Below, in pieces: positions 27,415-38,830 of a stretch of 64,000 bases of DNA. The notes below the pieces were generated by a model, which was not told the DNA's origin, searched no databases, and was given only the letters and a program-made list of their open reading frames with translations. The stretch is from Octopus vulgaris (Eukaryota). A program made the position numbers and the translations under genes. The stretch is from contig OX597816.1 in the NCBI GenBank assembly GCA_951406725.2, positions 132,184,001 to 132,248,000 of the forward strand. Direction: 5' to 3'. Numbering within the stretch: position 1 is the first letter of the stretch; each line of letters opens with the position of its first letter.

Positions 27415-28330
27415 TTTTAAAACATCATTGGTGTTACTGGGGGTACGTTTGTATTGTCTTAGAATCAATCATCTAGGGTCATAGGCTGGTGGAACTGTTT
27501 GAGTGTTGGGGAGAACTGCCTTGTGGTATCTGTTTGAGATCTTATGGATGCTGACAGTAATGGCTGTGACAACATTTGTGCGAGACTGCATTGGCCTAAA
27601 TTGGCAACCTTTCTCACAGTCAATCATCAGTGGTATGGAGATAGAGTGGGGAGGCTTGCATACACAGGCAGCTGCTAGTCTTCCTTGAAAAATCTTGCCC
27701 AGGCTTGTACATACATGTGCAGAGGAATCGTCAGTTTTGACTGATGAAGGCGCTAGATCATCATCACCAGCAGTAGCTTTCCTTTCCTGCCATACAAGCA
27801 TTAGGTTAGATGGGCTCAAAATACATCTCTCTTGAGTCTCAGGCATACATCATCTTCATCATGATACTCTAATATCATTGAAGATTACTATCTTTCTTTC
27901 AACTAGTATGATAGATTACAATTCATTTATTTATTTTGTGTGTTTTCTTTTGTTGTTGTTGTTGCTGTTGCTTGTTTTGCTTCCTTATTTTCCTCCCATG
28001 TTCTGTATTTGTTTCTTTGTATTGCAAATCTAGTTAGTTTATTATACAAAGTGCAGCAGTACAGACCTCCTTAATCAGAAGTGCTGTTTATATTGTTTAC
28101 TGGAGAGGAGTTGAGCAGGTGGGGGTTGGCGACGTCAAACAACAACAGCAACAAAAAAAAAAATGTAAAAATAAATCAATATAAAAAAATAAACAGACAT
28201 AAACAGATTTGATAAAATGGAAAAAAGAACAACAACAAAAAACTAATGAAGAAGGGTCAAGTTTTGTGATGTGATATTGATTTATTTCATTGATAACTGA
28301 TTTCTGTCAATTGTTGTTGTTGTGATGGGG

Positions 28331-28402
<72 letters not shown>

Positions 28403-29189
28403 GTGTTTTGCTTGGATGTCAAGCATTCTGATGATGCTCAGATAATGTTGATGATAACCTTTTGAAAGTTTATTTCTTAAAAGCAACTGCAAAATACCAG
28501 TTCTTTTATTTGTTTGTTTTTTGTTTTTGTTTTTTTGTTTTACATTAAAAAAAATTTTTTTCTATTAATATTTTCCTTTTATCTTTCATTGAATGAATAA
28601 ATGAATGTGTGTGTGTGTGTGTGTGTGTGTAAGTTGATGTTTGTATACGTTTTCTGAATTGTGCTTGAGATATAAGTAAAAGGTTAAGGCATATATTTTA
28701 ATGTGGCTTTGTAAGCCCATCATCATCACCACCTTGTCCATCTTATCGCCACCACCACCACCACCATTATCATCGTCATCATTACTTCTGTTTGTAGTAT
28801 CATTACCTCCATAATCATCATCATCATTACCACCACTACCACCACCATCATCATCACTTCTGCATGTAGTATCATTACCTCCGTAATCATTATCATTATT
28901 ATCATCATTGTCGTCATTATCATAACCATTTGTTATTTGTTGCACAGAAAGCGTTTAATAGACTCAAAATAGTATTTCCATAAACCTTTCCTAATTTGTT
29001 TTAAATACTATTTGAGGAAGTTGATGGATAGTGTTTTCACACACACACACACATCAAAATAAGACACCCTCATGTTAGTGTGAGCATGTACATGCTCCTA
29101 TTTATATGGTAGGGCACACACGTGTTGTTTTATATCCATGAATCTTATGGTAGAAGATCTTACTTTTTACTTTTTTTTAAAACCTTTTT

Positions 29190-29573
29190 TTTACTTGTTT
29201 CAGTCATGTGACTATGGCCATGCTGGAGCACCGCCTTTAATCGAGCAAATCGATCCCAGGACTTATTCTTTGTAAGCCTGGTACTTATTCTATCGGTCTC
29301 TTTTGCCGAACCACTAAGTTACGGGGAGGTAAACACACCAGCATCGGTTGTCAAGCGATGCTGGGGGGACAAACGCAGACACACGAACATATACACACAC
29401 ATGAATATATATATATACATATATATGACAGGCTTCTTTCAGTTTCTGTCTACCAAATCCACTCACAAGGCTTTGGTCGGCCCGAGGCTATAGTAGAAGA
29501 CACTTGCCCAAGGTGCCACGCAGTGGGACTGAACCCGGAACCATGTGGTTGGTAAATAAGCTACTTACCACAC
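29190..29573 (-). mobile_element. tRNA-derived SINE, family A (young)
   Basis: High similarity to 20941-21358 and to the reverse complement of 42500-43060. Confidence 0.92.
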
Positions 29574-29796
29574 TGGATGTTTTTTTTTTGTTTTTTGTTG
29601 CGAAAAGAGTTTTACAACTGGTGTCTCATCCTACTACAAAACAATCATTATCAAATAAGATATGAACCTGCTTTTATCAGCCTGGTAAACTAGGCAAGCA
29701 GAGTTGGCACCTTGCGCATGTATCTTCCACTATAGCCTCAGATCAACCAAAGCCTTGTGAGTGGATTTGGTAGATAGAAACTGAAAGAAGCTTGTC

Positions 29797-30552
29797 ATGC
29801 CCTTTGGAAATATGCCTTTGGAAATATGCTGTACGTGAGAAGACCAGGCAGGACAAGTGAGCCCAGCCCACTTATGAATGCCTTTCCTCCCTTGGACACA
29901 AAGACCTGTTGAGGCAAGCGAAGTCGATATAGAACCTCATCCGACGACAGGCACCCATGCCAACCCCCCTTTGCTTGCGAAGACATGTTGGGGCAAGCGA
30001 AAGCGAAATCAAATTGAACCAGCCAGGATCCCTGGTCTGGTGGTACCTAAAAAGCACTATCCGACTCATGGCTGATGCCAGCGCTGCCTCCACTGGCTTC
30101 CGTGCCGGTGGCATGTAAAATACACCAATCCAACCGTACGACAGGCACCCATGCCGACCCCCTTTGCTTGCGAAGACATGTTGGGGCAAGCGAAATCGAA
30201 ATCGAAATCGAATTGAACCAGCCAGGATCCCTGGTCTGGTGGTACGTAAAAAGCACTATCTGGCTCGTGGCCGATGCCAGCGCCGCCTCGACTGGCTTCC
30301 GTGTCGGTGGCACATAAAATACACCAATCCGACCGTGGCCGTTGCCAGCCTCGCCTGGCACCTGTGCAGGTAGCACGTAAAAAGCACCCACTACACTCAC
30401 GGAGTGGTTGGCGTTAGGAAGGGCATCCAGCTGTAGAAACAGTGCCAGATAAGACTGGAGCCTGGTGCAGCCTTCTGGCTTCCCAGATCCCCGGTCGAAC
30501 CATCCAACCCATGCTAGCATGGAGAACGGACGTTAAACGATGATGATGATGA

Positions 30553-30556
<4 letters not shown>
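29797..30556 (+). mobile_element. 5'-truncated RTE-clade LINE 3' end with an internal ~194-bp tandem duplication
   Basis: Last codons LWKYAVREKTRQDK* (compare LWRYAATEKTRQIK* on - near 51600-51650). 3' UTR units start CGACAGGCACCCATGCC at 29945 and 30139. Ends in a (GAT)n tail. Confidence 0.8.
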
Positions 30557-30596
<40 letters not shown>

Positions 30597-31032
30597 CTTT
30601 GTTTGTTTGTCCCTAACCACCACTTGACAACTGGTGTTAGTGTTTTTACATCCCTGTAACTCATCAGTTTGGCTAAAGAGACCAATAGAATAAGTACCTG
30701 ACTGAAAGACAAAAGTTCTGAGGTCAATTCATTCAATTAGAATTTCTTCAATGTGGTGCCCCAGCATAGCCATAGTCTAATGACTGAGACAAAAGGTAAA
30801 AGATGTGTGTGTGTGTGTGTGGTCACTTCAGCCATGTATTCATGCACATGCTTTTCATAGACTTTCTTCTTTCTCTGGGCCTTTCCTCCATTCTCTTTCT
30901 GATGAAGAGCCATGCTCAAAACATTATACACCCACTCTTTTTTCCATCTTATACTGACCATCAAGCTAATACATTCCATGTGTACATCTTTTTGACTTTT
31001 GTTTTGTTATTTTTAATTTTTGATTTGCCTCT

Positions 31033-31068
<36 letters not shown>

Positions 31069-31070
31069 GC

Positions 31071-31118
<48 letters not shown>

Positions 31119-31163
31119 CAAATCAAAAATTAAGTCTATGCTAAAAATTATTATTATTAAGCT

Positions 31164-31374
31164 GTGGCGAGCTAGCAGAATCATTAGCATGCAGGGCAAA
31201 ATGCTTAGCGGCATTTTGCCTGTCTTTACATTCTGAGTTCAAATTCCACCAAGGTCAACTTTGCCCTCCATCCCTTTAGGGTTGACAAAATAAGTACTGG
31301 TTGAGCACTGGGGTTGATGAATTGACTTATCCCCTCCTCCAAAATTGCTGGCCTTGTGCCAAAATTTGAAATCA
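31164..31374 (+). mobile_element. tRNA-derived SINE, family B
   Basis: GGCGAGCTAGCAGAA head, internal hairpin AAAATGCTTAGCGGCATTTT, B-box-like GAGTTCAAATTCC, end GGCCTTGTGCCAAAATTTGAAA. Other copies at 39053, 39285, 41457 and 48468. Confidence 0.88.
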
Positions 31375-31409
31375 TTATCATCATCATCATCATCATTATT
31401 ATTATTATT

Positions 31410-31932
31410 TGTGGTTTCCTTTCATTATAACTTTATTTTCACTGCCTTAGTACTGAGCATTTTCTGGAGTAGCAAGGGTAGCAAGGGCACTTTTGTTTTG
31501 CTATGCATGCTAAAATTATCACCACATTTATTCCATTTTAGATGGGGAGCGCTTTCCCTAGCATATGGGCTGTACATCATCAAGGTTATCTTTTGTAGTT
31601 TATGGAGATTAGAGTTACCAGGGAGTTGCTTGATATACTTCTCAGCTCCCTTCTTTATCATTCCTAATGCACCAATTACTACTGCTAGTATTATTGTAGT
31701 ACTAAGTTTCCACATTTTTGTGATTTCAATTTGCAGATCTTTATAGTGAGAAAGCTTGTCATACTCCTTTCTTGAGACATTTTGATCTTGTGGCACAGAC
31801 ATATCTATTAACAGACAAGTTTCTGTTATAGTCCTTGATTACAATGCCTGGTTGATTGAAGTCAGTTTTTCTGTCTATTTGTATTGGGAAGTTCCAAAGG
31901 ATGGTGATGCTCTCACTATTTACTGCATCTTC
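31410..31932 (-). mobile_element. 5'-truncated R4/Dong-like non-LTR retrotransposon (restriction-like endonuclease domain)
   Basis: Two frameshifted ORFs give ITILWNFPIQIDRK...NQPGIVIKD and MSVPQDQNVSRKEYDKLSHYKDLQIEITKMWKL...VVIGALGMIKKG, the PD-(D/E)xK REL C-terminus typical of R4-clade elements. Flanked by (TAA)n-type repeats. Confidence 0.8.
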
Positions 31933-31946
31933 TATTATTATTATTA

Positions 31947-32007
<61 letters not shown>

Positions 32008-32093
32008 GTTAGAAATTACTACTGCTACTTTTTTGAAGCACATTTATTAGTTGTCTGTTCTCTCAATTTTGTTATTACTTTCTCTCTTTTCAG

Positions 32094-33263
32094 ATTACTG
32101 GATATTTTTGATTCTTGCCGGCAACCGCTATAGAAAGGACATTTAACTGGTGACCTGATAACTTCTGTCTTCCAAAGGAGAAAAAAAATTTAAGGCCAGA
32201 GACTGAAGCCGCCTACTGCTGGAATGGAAAGGCCTTCCAGCAAAGGGCATACTTTAGCCTTAGATGGGCCTTTAACAAAGACAAACACTAGTAAAAATGA
32301 AGCTCTTGAAGAGAATGGTGGTGAAGTAGTGACTAACGAAGGGAATCTAGCTTATACTAACACCATACCCCCAATGACAGACGACATCTACACAATGAAC
32401 CGGCCTGCTTATGAGCTGCAAGAACGTAGTCGAACTAATCATCTTTCATTAATTGGTCATCACATTATGGAAAGTCGTCCCACTTTTAATGGAAACCTTC
32501 AAGATCGGAATCATCGATCAATGACACCGGATACTCATCACCAACCCTCTGGACATCAGTTGTTAGATAACCATTCTAGTTACAATGATGGGGTGCAGGA
32601 CCGTAGCCATCACTCTCTTACTGATAATGCTCAACACCACCAGTACCTAGGTCCTGTTCGTGCTACATATGAATCAGGTTCCAATCAGGTGCATTCAGTT
32701 AACAGTGACAGCCATCAAGTATTGACTAACCGGCCTAATTATGAAACACTTATAGACAGAAGACACTCTCTACCATCAGATAACCATAATCAGAAAATGA
32801 TGGACCTTGATGAAGAGTCAAGTAAAGCTCTTTTACTGAATGCTAAGCAATATTCACTCACATCTAGCCTTATTGATCCTCAGATGATTAAATATGAATA
32901 TCAAGATTTGTCAGGAAAGGGGTCAAACCAGAATGACAATTTAATATATAAAGATGCTTTTGTTGGATCCTATGATAAGATGTTGTCACGCTCTTTAGAA
33001 AGTCAGGTACTGAATCAAAATGGCATAGTGGATTCTATCTCCAATGAATTGTTCTATCCAAAAGACTCACGTATGTCACCAGAAGATGTGGCTTTATCAA
33101 ATAAAATGTTGGTGTCATCACCTTCCATGATGGTCTCTTCACCATCAACAGAAAACATGATGGCGAGACAGGGACATAATGTTGGACTTGGAGATGCTGA
33201 TGGAAGTAAATTGACAGTTTATCCTGACGAAAATTTAGGTAGAATGGATACTGCTATAAAAAT
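32094..33263 (+). other. Large exon (1170 nt) with 130 nt of 5' UTR and the host start codon
   Basis: Acceptor CTTTCTCTCTTTTCAG ends at 32093. Donor AAT|GTGAGT has GT at 33264-33265. An in-frame TAG (32131-32133) lies upstream of ATG 32224. Confidence 0.7.
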
Positions 33264-33267
33264 GTGA
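32224..33267 (+). CDS. Uncharacterised host protein (347 aa if unspliced, otherwise the N-terminal coding exon); likely disordered, with His/Ser/Asn/Asp-rich repeats
   Basis: 1044-nt ORF in unique, non-microsatellite sequence with natural amino-acid composition and no Cys or Trp. GGAATGG start context and flanking splice signals. No TE motifs. Confidence 0.88.
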   Translation: MERPSSKGHTLALDGPLTKTNTSKNEALEENGGEVVTNEGNLAYTNTIPPMTDDIYTMNRPAYELQERSRTNHLSLIGHHIMESRPTFNGNLQDRNHRSMTPDTHHQPSGHQLLDNHSSYNDGVQDRSHHSLTDNAQHHQYLGPVRATYESGSNQVHSVNSDSHQVLTNRPNYETLIDRRHSLPSDNHNQKMMDLDEESSKALLLNAKQYSLTSSLIDPQMIKYEYQDLSGKGSNQNDNLIYKDAFVGSYDKMLSRSLESQVLNQNGIVDSISNELFYPKDSRMSPEDVALSNKMLVSSPSMMVSSPSTENMMARQGHNVGLGDADGSKLTVYPDENLGRMDTAIKM

Positions 33268-36200
33268 GTCCTGCTTTTATATTTGTATTATTGTGCTTTG
33301 ACTTGCTTTAACAAAATTGTTTCCTAACTTTTATAGTAGGCATCACTATGAATTTTTGAAAATATGTAAATCTAACTTCCACCGTACCTTTCTTTGGAGA
33401 ACATCCAAAGAAACATTTGTGAAATTTAGATGAATATTTTAGGAAATATGACAATTGGAATGGTCAGCAAATTGGTTGAAATCTTGCCCAATTAAGTCTA
33501 AATGAATAATTAGCCATATTTGTAATGTCATATCTTTGAAACTGAGGTAATATTCATATACAAATTAATAGTGTCTATGGCATAGCAGTTGCCTTGTTTT
33601 TTTTTTATTTGCTAGTTCTTGAAAATGAAATTTTTGTTTCAGCAGTTTTTAAAAATATTTACGTAAAGCCTATTTTTTTGCATGTAACAACCAGCTGATT
33701 TCATGAGGTTTTCAGACCTTATTAAATCCCAAAGTTCAATCCAGAAGGGGCACATTTGTGGTAGGTATAGAACTAAATAAATCCAGAGATTTGGAACATG
33801 GTACCATTTCAATTAAATTTTAATGGACAATTAAAAATGGCTATAAACAGTAGAGTTTTGGATCAGGATGCCCACATAAGTTGGATTTTCTCATTTTGAT
33901 GAGAATTTTTCCAATTTTGTTTTCATTACAACCTTGGAAATAATGGTGGGAAGCTTTTTATGAAAAAAAACTTTTGAAAATTTATGATCTCCCCCTTCAC
34001 CTTCCTGGACCAATTTTGGCTTTTTTTTAACTAAGCCTTTAAAAACAATGGGAGAAGACTTGTGGGGTGAGGATTGAAAATATTTTAAAACGAAAAGATG
34101 GAGATTTAAGGGAGATTTAGCTGTTGTTCCTAGCACATCCCACAACCACCTACTACTTTTCTCAAAATTGCATGTAGACTTAGATTAAAAAAAAGAACAA
34201 AATGTGAAAACTAATTTCGTGTTTTTAGCATTAAAAACATCTGTAACTTGCAGCAAACTCGTTAGAGGGATTGAGAGAGAGAGAAAACCCCCCAAACAAA
34301 TCAGCACTACTTGTGAAAACGTAAACACTACTACAGATTATCTGACTATATTTAAAATTGGGGAGAAAAAGAACATCACATCAGACTTTAATAGTCTACA
34401 AAATAATATTCATTGCATAATATGATTTTTATTGGTGAAATTTGGCCAATATTCTTCAAAGAAAAATGGAATTTACATGTACAAGAATATGCGCTAGGTA
34501 AAAATTGGACCTCCCTCTCTATACATTAAAACAGAGAGAGGGAATAAACAAAATTCCAAATATGCTGATTCCATACTAATTTTGAGCTCAATTTAGTGTA
34601 TTTTTTTTATAGCAATTAATTCATCCATTTCTTGAAATTCTGGCTCAAACTCGATATTTGAAGCATTTGGATTTGTGTTCTGTTTCAGCACTTGCTATGT
34701 GGAATACATTAGTTTGACAAATAGTATCAGTATTGTTAATCCTATATGAGCAGCTGTGGTAGTCTCCTTTTTATTGACTTTGCACTTTTGCATCATCAGC
34801 AATGGCTGTATTAAATTCATGAGAAATTTTTCTTATGGTATAAAAATCTTGCAGAAAGTTTGTTCTTTTCTAAGTGAAAGTTTACAATAAAGTTTTCACT
34901 TTTATGTTTCATAGTGATTATCTGACTTATCCCCATTGACTTTTATATCCAAATAAAGCAAAAAAAAAAAGGGTCCTCTTAATGACTTTCATTCTCAACT
35001 TAAATTGAGTTATAGTGCTCTAGTGCAGTCGAAAACAAATAATGGGACAAACTGTGAATGGGTGGAAATATGAGTGTGATTGAGGGAACCTGACATGGTA
35101 AGTAAGTGTTGGATTTTAATCAAAAGTATAAGAGAAAAAAGTTCACGTCTATAACTTTCAAGTGATATATAATTGTCTGTGGAAAGAATGTATTTTGATA
35201 GGAAAATAGTCAAGCAAAAAGTGGACTTTTGCTTGGTCAAATTATGCTTGTCTCCCTTTTATGGAACCCTTTAGTGATACCTATTTATAGACAGAAATAT
35301 TGAATGTGAGCTTAGTTATGCAATATTAGAAACAGAAAAGACAGATAAAAGGAGCTCACTTTTTTGTGTACTTTTGTAAATAGTAGGGTACAAATAATCA
35401 AGTACAGTCCTTTTATTTAGCAGAAATAAATATCTATTTCATAATTTTACCTAAATGAAGGATTTTTTTTATTGCATTGTTGTTGTCAAAGAACATCTGT
35501 ACAACAATTTACAGGGTTTTGTTTTTCTTTTTTCTACAAGAAACAAAAAGCATATATTCTAAGTGATGTCTCTGAACATAATTGCACACATATATCTTGT
35601 TATTTAACAAAACCTTTGACAAAGCTGAGAGAAACCTCAGTAACCCAAGTTATTATAAAACTTGGACTGAACATTATCAACATTAAAGGCACATTTATAT
35701 GCAATACTTGGCTCTTAAACCAGTTACATATGGATGCCTTATCTTAAAATTGCTTATCTTTAAAAGGTTAATGTAGATCAATCCTTTAATGTTAATGGTT
35801 AATGTAGTAGATTTAATATATTTAAAATGTGACAATATTTAATTGTTTTGAGAATGGTTTATGTTGAAAGCAGCTGTCTGAGTCTTAACATTCCACCTTA
35901 TGATCAAGTTAAAGAGAAATTATGAGAGACTTCCAATTTAACTTTATTTATTTGGATTTTGATGGTTGATATCAGTTATTGCATTCAAATTACCAACTTT
36001 TCTGACACATAAACAGACACACTGAAATCTAATTTTTTTGGGGAAAATGCTTGTTTCTGTATGATTGTTTATAAAAACATTTTTCATTTTAACAACTTGT
36101 TGCTTGAATATTTCCACAAATCCTATTTCGATACTTTTTAAAATTTTCGATCCAATTAAATTTAGTTTCCTGTTATTATATGTAAATGCAAACTGAAGTT

Positions 36201-37138
36201 ATTTCTGTAGAGTAATCTCATCCAACTTGTTTATCAGTCAAGGATTTAGTATTTCATAACAAGCTCCTTACTTGCAAGCTTGTTTCATATTCCAGCATAC
36301 TTACTTTACGTTCTCATCTTTGTGGTAGTAACCAGACTGTTAATACTGGTAAGAGAGATCAAATCACATTATTTGAATCAAATTCAAGCCAGGAATATTG
36401 CTCTCTACAGTACTATCAATGACTTCTTGATGAGTATAAGATCTGTTCACTCAATCATGCATATGTAAGATTATACATAACAAACAAAGATGTCTTGGAA
36501 AGCATTTTAGTGCTTGTATCTATGTGTATTATACCAACATTTTGGCATGGAATGTCCTTCCATTCACCTTCCATTCTTTTGATGCAGCGAGCTACTTTCT
36601 TACATTAGTATTAAGTTGTTAATCAAATATTATTATCTATGGAACAGAATTCGTTACGTCTTGGATTTTATGTTATAGCTATAATTTGTGTTTAAGTAAT
36701 ACCTGTTTATGTTAAAAGTGGAGTTTTGAAAGCAAAAATAAAATAAAAACAAAAACGTATTTCACATATAATAAGATTTTTTCTGTGACTGTTTTTATTA
36801 TAACCATGGCTTAAATCTACAGGACCATTTGTAAACTTAGCATTATAGAGTGATTTCTGTAAATATTTATTTACGGCTAACTTGAGCCTACTGTATTTAC
36901 TCTACTCTTCTTTGTAAATTTAATTTTAGTATTTCATGTAAATACTTATCTGTGTGATATGTTACTCCCCCCCCAATCTCCCCCCCACCTCAAACATACA
37001 TTTACAATATTTAAAGTATAGCAAAAGTTTGCTCAACACATCCTGTTATCTATAATACATTTTGTTTTTGTTAGTTGGCATATTCTTAGGTTCTGTATGT
37101 TGAAATAACATCACAATATAGAAAAGGTATTTATTTTA

Positions 37139-37965
37139 TAGGGTCATCCTAAAAATAATGCAGTTTTTTTTATACTCTCCTTCATTTTCTACAATGCTCT
37201 TTCATCTATCTCGTAGGCATGCAAGTCCCCTCTTCCAAAATTCACTTGTCCGTGATGAATAATATTCCTCCAGTACTGTTCTGACTTCGTCTTAGAGTTC
37301 ATATGTTTTCCGTCCAAATAATTTTGAAGACTGCAGAATTAATGATAATCAGATGGAGCAATGTTTGGCAAATATGGTGGTTGGAATGTCATCTTCACTG
37401 TATGTGGCCAAGCATTATCCTGATGGAAGAACACCTTCATCTTGAAACCAAAGATGGTCATTTTTCTGATGGCACATAGGTGTCAATGAATGGTTGAATG
37501 ACCAAATCCAAGCTTCTCTGCTAGTTCCTCAACAATTACGATGGAATTTTGTTCCACTAAGGTTTGCAGGGCATCGTCATCAAGCTCTACAGATCTTCCA
37601 GGACAAGGCTCGTTTTCTAGGCTGTAGTTTCTGGCTCTGAATTTCTGGAACCACCATTGACACTGGCTTACACTTATTGTCTAATCCCCATATGCTGCAT
37701 TAATATTCCTCACACTTTCCGTTGTGTTGTTGCCTTTATTGAACTCATGAAGCAAAATATGCAGAATATGCTCCTTTGTCACTTCCATTATAGCTTTGAA
37801 AAAATAACTGTTAAAATTGAACTTCACTCTTCAAAACTTGCACTAAAAATAAGGACAAGGTAAATTTATTGCCTGCTTTTATAGCAAGTTGATGCAGGTA
37901 GTTTATCCTGTCCTCCTCCAAGTTCATGCAATTGAAAAAACTGCATTATTTATGGGATGACCCAA
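37139..37965 (-). mobile_element. Internally deleted mariner transposon (827 bp) with both TIRs
   Basis: TIRs TAGGGTCATCCTAAAAATAATGCAGTTTTTT and AAAAAACTGCATTATTTATGGGATGACCCAA, TA on both sides. Minus strand from ATG 37788 reads MEVTKEHILHILLHEFNKG..CQWWFQKFR..PGR, then jumps to FHQDNAWPH..PPYLPNIAPSDYH. Confidence 0.92.
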
Positions 37966-38292
37966 TATATTGCAAATAATGGAATTATGCATATAGTAAA
38001 TCCCATTCTTTCTTTCTTAAAATTTATTATTTAGTTTTTCTTTATTATTACTGTTTTTATTTTTAAATTCTTTCAGCTGGCCATATTATATAGCGATGTT
38101 GGTGGTGAAATAATTTCAACAATACAATACTCTTTAACACTTTACTGCTGCCAGTTGGAATCTATGTTTCCTTTATTTTTGCTCCCCCCCCCCTTTATGA
38201 ATGGGAGGTGGGAAGATAGTGTAGGTGGGCTGCCCTCCAAACATACTACAACCCTTTTCGTTTGCTCTTTTTCCATTCATATTACACACACA

Positions 38293-38333
<41 letters not shown>

Positions 38334-38435
38334 TTTTTCTCTCTACCACCCATGCTCCTCAGTATAGCTTACACTTGATACACTCTCACACCATAAAACT
38401 CATACAACATTCTTTCATCCTTACACACACACACA

Positions 38436-38478
<43 letters not shown>

Positions 38479-38830
38479 TCACACATGCAGGGGCAACCAC
38501 TATTTCTCCCATCACCACCACATCTACAAATATTACTAGCTCTTCTACTGTTACTACTTCGAATTTTGAAACCTTCAAATAATACAAAGCTGTAGAATAT
38601 ATATGCAACCACATTTTCACTGTTGTCTCCTTTATTTAATAATGATTTACAAAAGCTGGCTATACAATGCATGTTCTTTGGTCTAATGTTTTCTAAATAG
38701 AGCAGACTTAGGCTAGAAAGGAATGAGAGAACACACTTGTTATTTCACATTATCTATGTAAAACAAAAAAACTCTATCCACAAATCCTTGCATCTCTGAC
38801 TTCATTTTCTCTTATAACCTCCTTCTCTCC

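Noticed and set aside
28586-28945. Asp/Gly/Asn-rich 119-aa ORF on the minus strand
   Set aside because: Derived from CAT/CAC trinucleotide repeats with a short internal duplication. No supporting splice or coding evidence.
29358-29555. Recurrent short ORFs such as DRLLSVSVYQIHSQGFG..EDTCPRCH (also at 4763, 6681, 21109, 42608, 46982)
   Set aside because: Antisense translations of SINE family A, not a protein family.
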